Below, piece after piece: positions 26,688 to 40,000 of a stretch of 64,000 nt of DNA. Every line of letters starts with the position of its first letter. Positions within the stretch are counted from its first letter, which is position 1. The position numbers and the translations under genes were made by a program. Below the pieces are notes generated by a model. That model was not told the DNA's origin. It saw nothing but the letters and a program-made list of their open reading frames with translations, and ran no database searches. The stretch spans positions 78,182,001 to 78,246,000 of the forward strand of contig OX597830.1 in NCBI GenBank assembly GCA_951406725.2, in the 5' to 3' direction. Source of the stretch: Octopus vulgaris (Eukaryota).

Positions 26688-27100
26688 CAAACTTTGGTTG
26701 TAGAACAAACAAATTTAAGGTCATCTACTTAACATATCACATCTCGAACATGTAATCACATATAAAAAAAAACAATGCTTTTTCTTATACATAGAATATG
26801 GATGCATAAAATAACAGAAGATGAAACAATATTTCATTTAGACAAGCATATAGAAAAAGTGAGTAAAGTCTATCGCAATATAAAAAAAAAAAAATTAATA
26901 CTACAGCGTCTAAAAAATTTTTTAACATTATAATACCTAGAATAATAAATATATAAAAATATAAAAATGTATGAATATATAAATATATAAAAATACGTAT
27001 ATACAAGAAACATATAAATATATAAGGTATAGATAAAGGTTCTTCGATTAAGAATCTTTAACGATTAAAAGTTACTTTTCTCTCTCTCTCTCACTCTTTC

Positions 27101-27180
<80 letters not shown>

Positions 27181-27181
27181 A

Positions 27182-27697
27182 AGAGTAGTGGTACAACAAA
27201 GCATTAATGTTTATTGGAAATAGCAGTCGATACATTTACGGTGCTATATTAGACCCTCAATGTGTATATATTAGCAAAGACGTGTGAGAGCAGCAAACAT
27301 AAAAAAATTTGTCTTACCTCAAGGAAGAATATTATATAAATGGACAACCCAGAATCGGATAATTCAGTACCTAGGTTTCAGACTCTTTAAATACGTTTGT
27401 CATTGTAAATTTGATTAGTTTTTATCAGCTGGATTTACCTGGACAATATTTCAAATGTTGCTACATCAATGCCAGTAAATTCACCTGAACGCTTAGCCGT
27501 TAATAGACCGAGAATAGAGAAGAAAGTTTCAATGAAAAATATGGTATTGCAATACAAATGTAATACTTTCCAGTAAACTAAAGCACTGTAAGGGTAGAAG
27601 TATAAATATAGAGTAGTGGTACAACAATGCACCAATGTTTACTGGAAATAGCAGTCGAACATTTACCTCGCTATAGTAAAAATTCAATGTGTATATA
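27182..27697 (-). mobile_element. Partial tandem pLTR-like unit with ~88-bp direct repeats and hammerhead
   Basis: agagtagtggtacaacaa...gaaatagcagtcga...tcaatgtgtatata at ~27182 and ~27610 flank the degenerate hammerhead. (TA)n on both sides. Confidence 0.65.
27362..27434 (-). ncRNA. Degenerate type I hammerhead motif
   Basis: Minus strand: atccag CTGATAA aaact...agtct GAAA CCTAGG TA ctgaat. G8>A core change, palindromic stem III ACCTAGGT, triplet GUA. Confidence 0.65.
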
Positions 27698-27706
27698 CAT
27701 ACATAT

Positions 27707-27770
<64 letters not shown>

Positions 27771-28329
27771 GTGTGTATATGTGTTTAATTATATATACAG
27801 ATATACACATCCCAATATATATGTATATGCATGTATATATGTGTATATGCATGTATCTATATTATATATAACAAGACCGAACTAGTTTATTTGCATAACT
27901 ATCTATCACTCTATCTGCTTCTCTATCTTTATATATATGTATGTATGTGTGTGTGTGTGATTGTGTGTGTGTGTCTGCGCGTGCATGTTTGTGTATAATA
28001 TGTATGTATGTATATATGTTTATCTGTATGTATGTATGTATGTATGTATGTTTGTATGTATGTATGTATGTATGTATGTATGTATGTATGTATATATGTA
28101 TGCATGTATGTATGTATGTATGTATATATGTATATCTGTATGTATGTATGTATGTATGTATGTATGTATGTATGTATGTATGTATGTATGTATTTATGAA
28201 TGTTTAAGTAGGTAGCTAAGTAGGTAAGGATGCATATTGTACTTAATCCGGGGGGTACAGTGCAGGGCACTTTCCTACCCTGCTTGAGAATGGAACTCCT
28301 TAACCAACTGGACATGGATCCATCTACAA

Positions 28330-28485
28330 CGGCGTTTCGCAAACTTTTTACCCTTGTGTCACCCTTAAAATAAAATCCATATCTCGAGGGACCCCTGCAC
28401 AAAAAAATCTATATTCCATATCTTTCTCATATTTTTTCATCGCAGTTGAAACGTGGTAAATATATACACACACACACACACACAC

Positions 28486-28535
<50 letters not shown>

Positions 28536-28689
28536 ATTATATAAAATGTATTATATAAATATCTGTAAATATAAACCATCCGATCTTCTGATTACCTCAT
28601 TTCTTCTAATATATATATATATATATACGTTTAAATATTTGTTTTTCAAGAATTTTTATTGACTAAACTGGCAATATGACCATTCCGAA

Positions 28690-28743
<54 letters not shown>

Positions 28744-29005
28744 CATACATATATATATGTATATATATATATATATATGTGTATGTGTGTGTGTGTAGTT
28801 GTTATATTTTGGGGTAACATAATAGATTAAATTCGATGATGTCTATATTACAATATTACAATAACCAATTATATGTTGTGCATATATAGTGATATTACGA
28901 CCATGAAATTAGCATTAGCGTATCTCACTCTTTCTCGCGGAGCCTCTAGGAAGGAATCTTTTGCGGAACCCTAGGGTTCTGGGGAACCCCGGTTGAGAAG
29001 CGCTG
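28330..29005. mobile_element. hAT/Charlie-like non-autonomous element
   Basis: Left end cggcgtttcgcaaactttt, right end ggaaccctagggttctggggaaccccggttgagaagcgctg. No clear 8-bp TSD. Confidence 0.5.
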
Positions 29006-29291
29006 AACCCGGTTGAGAAGTACACTGAGTGAATGACTGAACATGAAATTGTAGATGGTTTGGAGCAACGAACCGTCATGTTCTATTCTAACAGACCAAA
29101 ACCTATTTCCATATATCTATCCATATATCCATCCATATATGAGTGTATGTATGTGTATGCGTATGTGCATTCTCACTCATTTTCGATTCTCATCTTCCTT
29201 TCTTGCACACACCCTATCCTTCCTTTCATTTATTCCTCATTTCATTTCCCTTTACTCTCTCTCTCTCTCTCTCTGTTCCCTCCTCTTCTCT

Positions 29292-29322
<31 letters not shown>

Positions 29323-29762
29323 TTATGGAGTCTCTCCTGTCTTTCTCTCAAAGTATCTTACAACCTATCTAACGCTTCCTCTATACCTATATGAATACAT
29401 AACACACATACAGGCATGCAGACACATACACGCGTATACATACACACATGCATATATACACACACACAGACACACACACACACACACAAAATCTTTGACA
29501 TCTTTTATTTACTTCTGAGAGTTCTTCAAACGCGACGAACGAATATGGTAATTATCCGAATAGGCTTGGAGAAGATTAGAAAATACTTATGGCTATCGAA
29601 TAGTTATCAATAGATATCAATAGCGAATCAGTTAAAAGGCTCTTTGCAATAATTGGTATTTCAATAACTGGTGGCTTATACATGTCAGCCATTCATTACT
29701 TACCGCCGACAGGTGGCGTGTTAGTCAATACATACATACGTTTATGTATGCATGTATGTATG

Positions 29763-29795
<33 letters not shown>

Positions 29796-29967
29796 ACTAC
29801 ATGTGTATAGATGTATATTTGTATATGTATATGTCTGTGTACATATAGATACGTATGTATGCATGTATGTATATATGCATATATATATATATATATATAT
29901 ATATCCTATATGTGTATAATTATGTATCTGTATATGTATATATCTTCGTGTGTGTGTATATGTGTAT

Positions 29968-30049
<82 letters not shown>

Positions 30050-30103
30050 TTGCATACATACAAACGTACATACATATATGCATATTATAAAGAGCAAGCG
30101 GGG

Positions 30104-30151
<48 letters not shown>

Positions 30152-31189
30152 GAGAAGAAAGATAGAAGGAAAGAAAAAGAAGAGATGAAAACCTCTTTTG
30201 CTTGAGATTTTAGTCTGTACACACATCAAGCTTCACAGGTTTTAGCTTAACGTAAGACGCTATCGGCGAAGTGGAAACGTTATCAGAGCTCCCACTCGAA
30301 TCACGCTGCTTTTTCAGTTTATATTGCTTCCATTCTGAGTTCTAATTCAACTACCGTCAAGTTTTCTCCCTTTTTTTTTCTCCCGTCAAGTTTTCTCTCA
30401 TTTTCTTGAGGCAATAAAATAAAATCCAAGAGTAGCGAACTGGTGGAATCATAAGAACTTCTCCCAGAATACCTTATAGTGTTTGTCCCACATTTTTTGT
30501 TCTTTTGGATATTTGGGTGGTATATTTAATTCATCACCTGGTGTATTATCGTCGAATGGCCCCAGAGTTTCATTCTTTTGCAAGCATTCTGACCAGGCTT
30601 CTGGTCTTTAGAATAACTTTCTCCTACAATTCTACTGGTCTCGGATGTCCTATGAAGAATCATAGTCACCGCCAACTTCCCTGAATAACAATTTTTTTTT
30701 GTAATGTTTTAAGTAGTAATTGGAAGCTCGTTACATTACGAGCAGACAGCAGAAGAAATCTTTGGAGAAAGAAATCTCATCAAGCATGTGTTTCGATCTG
30801 TTAGCTCCTGACACTTTAGGCGAAGACCTAGGTCACGACTCCTAGATGTCATGCAGTTTTTGAAATGCATCTTTAGAGAAGATTGAACTCGGAAACTTCG
30901 AGTGATCTTAGTTACCTGACCTGTGGTGTGTATCACTCGTATACGAAAGCCACTGCAAGGACTTGCATCGTGAATCTATTTCAAACAGGGTTTCCTTCCA
31001 ACTATGTTTACTGGCTTGCAGTATTTTTTTTTCAGCTCTAGCTATCGATTCTCTTTGCCCATTGCCTCATTGAACTCTTCTCAACTGTCTCTGACAATCG
31101 TTTCGTCGTCACTGCTTTTTTCTGACTTTTGATTTCGAGCTGACCTTGTAGTTGACCCATGGAGTCTGCAACGTTCTTCGAGTTATTTT

Positions 31190-31330
31190 ACAGAGCTTAA
31201 AAAAACTAAAGGAGCGCTGCAAAAAGCGAGTGAATCTGAGAGAGGAATGTTTTGAATAAAATCATAATTAACTGATCTCCTGTATTTTTTTTTTTTTGCT
31301 CAAAGCCAGAAACGTTTCAACAACCCTAGT
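31190..31330 (+). mobile_element. Mariner 3' end remnant
   Basis: LKKLKERCKKRVNLREECFE* followed by TIR-like gaaacgtttcaacaaccctagt. Confidence 0.6.
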
Positions 31331-31335
31331 GTGTG

Positions 31336-31416
<81 letters not shown>

Positions 31417-31419
31417 GTA

Positions 31420-31990
31420 TATGAGCAAAACGCTCCCCCCGTCTAATGGACGGTGCTGAGTTGTCAAGCATTTAAACCAAATTTTTTCAAAACAACTTGT
31501 TCCACCGTCCCATAGGCCTTCCCTTTGAGAAACTCATTTAACCTAAATTTGACACCAACAAAAGAAGAAATAAAGATAGACTTCTTCCTATTCCAAAGAA
31601 AAATGATTTTATTCACACAAAAATGCAGCCGAAGAGTTTAAAGTACCAGTAATGATAAGGCTGTTGACTGGGAGAACACAAACATGGTAGAAACAGTAAG
31701 CCTTTAAGCAGTACAAAAACAACAGAAAATGGAAGGTGCAGTTATCTACAGGTTGGCAGAAGAAAAGCAGAACAAAAACGGCTTTATCTATCGCATTCTC
31801 ACCTGGAATCGATTTTTGTAATTTTTTCAAGACTTATAGACGCCCCGATACCGTCGGTATCAGCACACCAAATTTGAGCGCAATCGGATGGAGGATACCT
31901 GAGATTGAGCGCAATCGGATGGAGGATACCTGAGATTCGAGAAGACACACACAGAGACAGGCAGACAGAACGGATTTTATAGAAGAGATA
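31420..31990. mobile_element. Possible Helitron-like non-autonomous remnant
   Basis: ccaaatttgagcgcaatcgg...gacaggcagacaga...ttttatagaagagat terminus pattern. 31-bp tandem duplication at 31873-31934. Confidence 0.35.
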
Positions 31991-33269
31991 TGCACAGGGT
32001 TTTTGAAAGACTTAACCAGTTTCACAAATATCTCTGATTTTTAAAAGTTGAGAGAAAAAGACATGGAGCTATGCTGCAACTGTTTGCTTTTTATTGGAAT
32101 TCAAAAACGTGGGTCATGTTCTCTCATTAAAAAAAAAAAGACCCTGTTTCAATTCCAGTCAGGAACAATGCAGTTACAGCATAGTTCGACTTCTTTCTCT
32201 CTCAACTTTTGGAAATCAGAGAAACCCGTGAAAACGGTTAAATTTTTTAAAATTTAAAAATAATAAATCTAAACGAATCACAGTACATTTTCAGCTTTTT
32301 TTTCTATATTTCAACCCGTGTTGAATAAAATAACTTAGTCATGTGTGTGGATATGTGTGTGTGAATGTGTGTGTGGATGTGTGAATGTGTGTGTGCAAAT
32401 GTGTGTGTATGTGTATGTAAATGTGTGTGAAAGTGTGTGTATATGTGTGTGAATGTGCGTGCGAAATTGTGTGCGTGTATGTGTGTATGTGTGTGTGTTT
32501 ATAAATGCATGTATGCATATAGCAACGTAGATTGAAACACGATACATTTGAATATGAATGCCTCCTAGTATTTAGACCTTCCTTGGTTGTTTTTCTTTCT
32601 ATGCGAGTACCCACTGCGCAGTTCCATCTTTAGAGGGACCGACGAAATATGTGCGACAAAAAGGGGTTGATATAAGCAACAACAAAGAAACACTTTGAAG
32701 TGGATGCCCCAGTATGGCCACCAACCTGTGAGTGAAACTAGTGAAGGGTAGAAGAATAACCAACTGTATCACCTGCAGTGAGTACCGGAAATGGTGACGC
32801 CGAAAACCCGGAAACATGGGTGGTATGAAGAAAAAAAAATGATTGATGCGTTTGGAGAAGGAGGGAGAGAGAGATGGAGGCAGTAATAATGATATGTAGA
32901 GGGTGGAGAGAGAGAGATACAAGAGAAAGAGAAGGAGGGAGAAGTTGAGAGAGTGGAAGAGAGAGCGAGAGAACAGGGGTGATGGAGAGACAGTGAAAGA
33001 AGTGAGTCTTAAAGTCCAGATGACTACCACCGGAAGGGTGGTTGTTTATAAGTAGATTAGCCGTGACCGGATAAACAGGTCTGGGTGGATCGCTAGAGGT
33101 TTGAACCTCTTGACGGTTTCTCTAGAGCAGGGTACTACACAAAGTTTCTTATTTGATCTGGTTAAAGAGTTGTGGGGAAAAAAACTGTACGGAAAGGCGT
33201 AACATCATGTTTGAATCAGACATGGGTGATGTATGGATGTATCGTTCGCATATCTTCTCTTTTAGTTTT

Positions 33270-33402
33270 TATCTTTTAGTAGTTTAATTCATTAGAGTGC
33301 GGCCATGCTGGAGTACCGCTTTGAAGAATTTTAGTCGAACAAATCGATCTCAGTACTTTTTTTTAAGCCTGGTACTTGTCCTATCGGTCTTTTTGTTGAA
33401 CT
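33270..33402 (-). mobile_element. SINE family A, 3' fragment
   Basis: gcggccatgctggag.accgc..ttgaag...aagcctggtactt. Confidence 0.7.
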
Positions 33403-33414
33403 GTAAGAAGAACT

Positions 33415-34118
33415 GCTGAGCAGCAAGAAGGAAACCACTTCTTCAACAAGCCAATAGCAAGAGATTGGGCCACTGAGATGATGGAGAGGCCACTAGCATG
33501 TTGGAACACTGTCATATTCTCTGATGAGTCCAGATTTCCTGACAGTGATCGAGTGTGGGTCTGGAGATTCTGTGGTCAAGAAATTGATGTGAAAAGATTG
33601 TAGCTAACACTGAAACACGGCAGCTATTCTGTGATGATCTGGGACCAATTTGGAGTAATGGTTGATCAGAACTGGTGGAGTGTGAGGGAAACATAAACTC
33701 AAATAAATATGTGTCTCTATTGCAGAAGGGAGATGGAGCTTCTTGTCACACGGCTAAAAAGTCACCAGATTGGTTGGAAGAAAATGGCATTAAGAAGCTT
33801 CCATGGCCAAGCGAGTCACTAGATATGAATCCCATTGAACACCTCTGGGGCATAATGGACAGGACACTTCGTAAAAAGGACAAGGAAGCATCTTCAAAGC
33901 CAGACCTTTTGAGATTACTGCATGAAACTTGGCAAGAAATTCCTGAAGAGAATATTCGTCATCTGATCAGTAATTGAGTCCTTGCACTGAATAATATAAA
34001 TGGCATGTCTACGAAATATTAGATATTCACATTTTAATTATCAATAAATAATTTGAATCTATAATTTCAGATTTAAATAAATTTTAGCGATTATAAGGGT
34101 GTCTTATTTTACTCCTGT
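33415..34118 (+). mobile_element. Tc1-family transposase pseudogene (3' part) with right end
   Basis: ARRKPLL, SDESRF, KHG..SVMIW, DGASCH, WPSESLDMNPIEHLW, WQEIPEE (DD34E-type). Internal deletion and stops. Confidence 0.92.
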
Positions 34119-34211
34119 TATGTCTGTATATGAGTGTGTGCGTGTATGTGTGTGTGTGTGTGTACATGTGTGTGCGCACGCGCGTATGTATATATAAGTG
34201 TGTGTACGTAT

Positions 34212-34430
34212 GATAGATCGTTAGCTCCTACACGCAATTTTTTCTCTCCTTTTTTCTCTCCTTTTTTCTCTCCTTGTTTCTCTCTTTGTTTTTTTCTGTG
34301 TATCTTTCTGTCAAAGAGCGTAGGCTCGAAAAGTAAAATACTTTTTCTATTCCTGAGCGCTATACTAATAAATTTGTTTGTTTGTACTCCACCTGTCTTC
34401 GTCTTTTGTTTATTTTCGTAAACTTTCCCT
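34212..34430 (+). mobile_element. Diverged copy of the 8700-8904 pLTR-like family
   Basis: Shares gatcgttagct..cacgca, tatctttctgtcaaagagcgtaggctcgaaa, cctgagcgc and cttcgtcttttgtttattttc with 8700-8904. Ends in (TA)n. Confidence 0.8.
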
Positions 34431-34653
34431 ATGTATGTATATATATATATATATATATATAGAAGCAAAAATATTCGAATTTTTACATTCACAGTAAGAT
34501 ATTAGTATCATCTGTGGCGAAGATTTCTGTTATTTCCTGTTATTTTCTATTATTTTGGTGCCTTGCGGCGGTTGAATTAAGACTTCAGCTCTTAGTTCTA
34601 AATAGACTGATGCTTTCTTGCATCCTTATGCTTCGTGCTAATTTCAAATTACA

Positions 34654-34692
<39 letters not shown>

Positions 34693-34951
34693 TCACACAC
34701 ATATATATGAACACATCCACCCGAACTGAACTGACGGCAGAATCTCTCAATAGAGCGAAACTGATATGTAACCCCCACGTACTTAAAAGCATATTATGCC
34801 ACCTGAGGAGCCTTCTTTGTAGTGTGCGTTGCATCTGGTGTTATTGCATCGTTCCACGCCCACAAGGGAGGAGCAGGGCATCATGAAAAGACGAAAGAAT
34901 TGCTGCGACAATAAATTGGTTTATGGTGCACTCAGTGTTTATATGTACATA

Positions 34952-35006
<55 letters not shown>

Positions 35007-35085
35007 GTATATATATATATATATATATAATATAAATATATATATATATATATATACACATATATATATATATATATATACATAC

Positions 35086-35148
<63 letters not shown>

Positions 35149-35151
<3 letters not shown>

Positions 35152-35317
35152 GAGTGGCTGTGTGGTAAGTAGCTTGCTTGCCAACCACATGGTTCCGGGT
35201 TCAGTCCCACTGCATGGCACCTTGGGCAAGTGTCTTCTACTATAGCCTCAGGCCGACCAAAGCCATGTGAGTTGATTTGGTAGACGGAAACTGAAAGAAG
35301 CCTGTCGTATATATGTA

Positions 35318-35407
<90 letters not shown>

Positions 35408-35600
35408 TGTGTGTGTGTGTAAGTGTCTGTGTTTGTTTCACTAGCATTGCTTGACAACCGATGCTGGTGTGTTTATGTCCCCATTATTAGCGGTTCGGCA
35501 AAAAAGCTTACAAAGTCCCGGGTCCGAGTTGCTCGATAAAAGGCGGTGCTCCAGCATGGCCGCAGCCAAATGACTGAAACAAGTAAAAGAGTAAAAGAGT
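35149..35600 (+). mobile_element. SINE family A
   Basis: caggagtggctgtgtggtaagtagcttgc through gaaacaagtaaaagagtaaaagag. Confidence 0.9.
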
Positions 35601-35605
35601 ATATG

Positions 35606-35730
<125 letters not shown>

Positions 35731-35734
35731 GCGC

Positions 35735-35886
35735 AAATTCCGCCGAGGTCGACTTTGCCTTTCATCTTTTTGGGGTCGATAAATAAAGTACCAGTTTCGA
35801 ACTGGGGGCAATGTAATCTACTTAATCCGTTTGTATGTCCTTGTTTGTCCTCTCTATGTTTATCCCCTTGTGAGCAGTAAAGAAAT
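35735..35886 (+). mobile_element. SINE family B, 5'-truncated
   Basis: caaattccgccgaggtcgactttgcc through gtaaagaaata. Confidence 0.85.
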
Positions 35887-35914
35887 ATATATATATATAT
35901 ACATATATCTATAT

Positions 35915-36074
35915 ACGACGTGCTTCTTTCAGTTTCCTTCTTCAAAGTCCACTCACAAGGCTTGGTTGCCCTAATGCTGTTGTCGAGGACACTTGGCCAA
36001 AGTGCCACGCAGCGGCACTGAACTCAGAACCACGTGATTGGGAAACAAAATTCTTACCACAATCATGCCTCCGC
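35915..36074 (-). mobile_element. SINE family A, 5' half, diverged
   Basis: cttctttcagtttcc, ccactcacaaggc, gtgccacgcag. Confidence 0.75.
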
Positions 36075-36636
36075 TTATATATTACGTGTGTACATGCGTG
36101 TTTGTGTGTATGTACGCGTATGCATGCGTGTGTATATGTTTGTGTGTATACGTATGTATATGTGTGTTTGTATGCATATGTATATATCTACTTCTATACA
36201 TGTGTGTGTATGTGTGCTTAAGTCTATGTATCTATTTCTATATGTATGTATATTTACGTGTTTGCATGTATGTGTATATGCACGCATATGTTTGTATATG
36301 TAAGTATGTGTGTATATGTGCGTGTTACTATTTGAGTGAATGTTTATACGTGTATGTAAGAATATTTGAATGTGTGTACATATTAGTGCGTGCGTATGTG
36401 TCTGAGCGCATTAGTGTGTGTATGTGTGTGTGTGTGTGTGTGTGTGAGTGAGAGAGATAGAGAGAGAGGGAGAGAGAATGACGATCTTTCCAGAAAGGTC
36501 TCTCACTGTGTGACTTTGAATACTTTCTTCTTAATCATTCCTCAAAGACATTTCATTTTGATCTGATGTTCTTTTATTTATTTTTCATTTTATTTATTTA
36601 TTTATTTATTCATTTATGTGGCGAGGCTAGAAACTT

Positions 36637-36667
<31 letters not shown>

Positions 36668-37017
36668 CTTTGCTGTTATTCCAACAAATATGCTGGTACC
36701 TCCTACTAAATACTTTTAAATAGCCAAACCCCTTCTTCCTAATTTTTCTTTTCTGCCGGTAATGAGAAACTTAACACCGAACTAATCTTGAGACCACAAC
36801 CACAACCGCCACCACCACCACCATCACCACCACCACCACTACCAACGTCATATTCACCCCCTCCCACTACAAACAACAAGAAGCAGCCAACTAATCTCGC
36901 TCAAAAAAATTATCTCCAGCAGCCTCTGAAAAATACTAGAAGCTTTTTAAGTTTAATAGCAATGTCGACGCCAAGTATAAATATATGTTATATATGCTAT
37001 GCTATGCTATTCTATGC

Positions 37018-40000
37018 GATGGATGCATGGATGGATGGATGGATAGATGGATGGATGGGGGAATGGATGGGGATGGATGGATGGATGGATGGATGGATGG
37101 ATGAATGGATGGGTGGACGGATGGATGGATTGGTGGATGGATGGATTGGGTGGATGGGTGAATGGATGGATGGGTGGATGGATGGATGGATGGATGGATG
37201 GATGGATGGATGGATGGATGGATGGGTGAATGGATGGATGGGTGGATGGATGGATGGTTGGATGGATGGGTGGATGGATGGATGGAAGGGTGAATGGAGG
37301 ATTGGAGGATGGATGTATGGATGGATTGGTGGATGGATGGTTGAATGGGTGGTTTGATGGTTGAATGTGAGGATGGATGGATGGATGGATGGATGGGTGG
37401 ATGGATGGATGGATTGGGTGGATGGATGGATTGGTGGATGGATGGTTGAATGGGTGGATGGATGGTTGAATGGGAGGATGGAGGGATGGATGGATGGTGG
37501 GTGGATGGATGGATGGATTGGGTGGATGGATGGATGGATGGATGGATGAATGGTTGAATGGATGGATGGATGGATGGATGGATGAATGGATGGATGGATG
37601 GATGGGTGGATGGATGGTTGAATGGTTGAATGGGTGGATTGATGGAGGATGGATGGGTGGATGGGTGGATGGATGGATGAATGGTTGAATGGGTGGAAGG
37701 ATGGTTGAATGGGTGGATGGATGGATAGATGGGTGGATGGGTATATGGATGGATGGATGTGTGGGTGGATGGATGGATGGTTAAATAAGTGGATGGATAT
37801 AAGGTTGAATGGGTGGATGGATGGTTGAATGGGTGGATGGATGGTTGAATGGGTGGATTGATGGATGGATGGATGAATGGTTGAATGGGTGGATGGAAGG
37901 ATGGATGGATGGATGGATGGATGGATGGATGGTGGATGAATGGGTGGATTGATGGATGGATGAATGGATGGATGGATGGATGGGTGGATGGAAAGTTGAA
38001 TGGGTGGATTGATGGATGGATGGATGGATGGATGATTGGATGGATGGATGGATGGAGATGGGTGGATGGGTATATGGATGGATGGATGTGTGGGTGGATG
38101 GATGGATGGTTGAATAAGTGGATGGATATATGGTTGAATGGGTGGATGGATGGTTGAATGGATGGATGGATGGATGGATGGGTGGGTGGATGGATGGATG
38201 GATGAATGGATGAATGGTTGAATGGGTGGATGGATGGATGGATGGATGGATGAATGAATGTATGGATGGATGGGTGGATGGATGGTTGAATGGGTGGATG
38301 GATGGATAGATGTGTGGATGGGCATATGGATGGATTGATGTGTGGGTGGATGGATGGATGGTTGAATAAGTGGATGGATAGATGGTTGGATGGATGGAAG
38401 GATGGATGTGTGGATGGATGGATGTATGGATGAATGGTTGAATGGTTGGATGGATGGATGGATGGATGGGTGGATGGATGGATGGAATGAGGGGTGGATG
38501 GATGGATGGATGGGTGGATGGGTACATGGATGGATGGATGTGTGGGTGGATGGATAGTTGAATAAGTGGATGGATGTATGGTTGAATGGGTGGTTGGATG
38601 GATGGATGGAGGGGTGGATGGATGGGTGGATGGATGGATGGATGGATGGGTGGAAGGGTGGATCGGTGGATGGATTAGTGGATGGATGGATGGATTGGTG
38701 CATGGATGGATGGGTGGATGGATGGATTTGTTGATGGATGGTTGAATGGGTGGATGGATGATAGAATGGGAGGATGGATGGATGGATGGATGGGTGGATG
38801 GATGGATGGATGGATTGGGTGGAAGGATGGATAGATGGATGAATGGTTGAATGGGTGGATGGATTGATGGATGGGTGAATGGATGGATGGAAGGATGGGT
38901 GGATGGATGGTTGAATGGGTGGACTGATGGATGGATGGATGGATGGGTGGATGGATGGATGGATGGATGGATAGGTGGAGGGATTGATGGATGGGTGGAT
39001 GGATGGATGAATTGGTGGGTGGGTGGATGGATGGAAGAATGGGTGGATGGATGGATGGATGGGTGGATGGATGGATGGATAGATTGTGTGGAAGGATGGA
39101 TAGATGGATGAATGTTTGAATGGGTGGATGGATGGATGGATGGATGGGTAAATGAATGGATGGATGGGTGGATGTATGGTTGAATGGGTGGACTGATGGA
39201 TGGATTGATGGATGGGTGGATGGATGGATAAATTGATAGGAGGATGGATTGATGGATGGGTGGATGGATGGATGAATTGGTGGGTGGATGGATGGAAGAC
39301 TGGGTGGATGGATGGATGGATGGATGGATGAATGGTTGAAAGGGTGGATGGATGGATGGATGGATGGATGGATGGATGGATGGATGGATGGATGGATGGT
39401 TGAATTGTTGGATGTATGGATGGATGGATGGATGGCTGGATGGTTGAATGGGTGAATGGATGGATGGATGGGTGGATGGGTATATGGATGGATGGATGTG
39501 TGGGCGGATGGATGGATGGTTGAATGGGAGGATGGATGGATGGATGGATGGGTGGATGGATGGATGGATGGTTTGTGTGGAAGGATGCATAGAGAGATGA
39601 ATGGTTGAATGGGTGGATGGATGGATGGATGGGTGAATGGATGGATCGATGGATGGGTGGATTGATGGTTGAATGGGTGGACTGATGGATGGATGGATGG
39701 ATGGGTGGATGGATGGATGGATGGATAGAAGGATAGGTGGATGGATGGATGGATGGGTGGATGGATGGATGAATTGGTGGATGGATGGATGGATGGGTGG
39801 ATGGATGGATGGATGGATGAATGGTTGAATGGGTGGATGGATGGATGGATGGATGGCTGGATGGTTGAATGGGTGGATTGATGGAAGGATGGAAGGATGG
39901 ATGGATGGGTGGATGGATGGATGGATGGATGGATGGATGTATAGGTGGATGGATGTATAGATGGATAGGTGGATGGATGGATGAATTGGTGGATGGATGG

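Noticed and set aside
27312-27490. Two small minus-strand exon-like segments with AG/GT boundaries
   Set aside because: They lie inside the hammerhead-bearing repeat, and the peptides are unrecognisable.
29706-29718. CTCF-like motif CCGACAGGTGGCG
   Set aside because: A single short motif is expected by chance in 64 kb and has no supporting context.
33520-33540. CTGATGAG motif
   Set aside because: It is the SDESRF codons of the Tc1 transposase.
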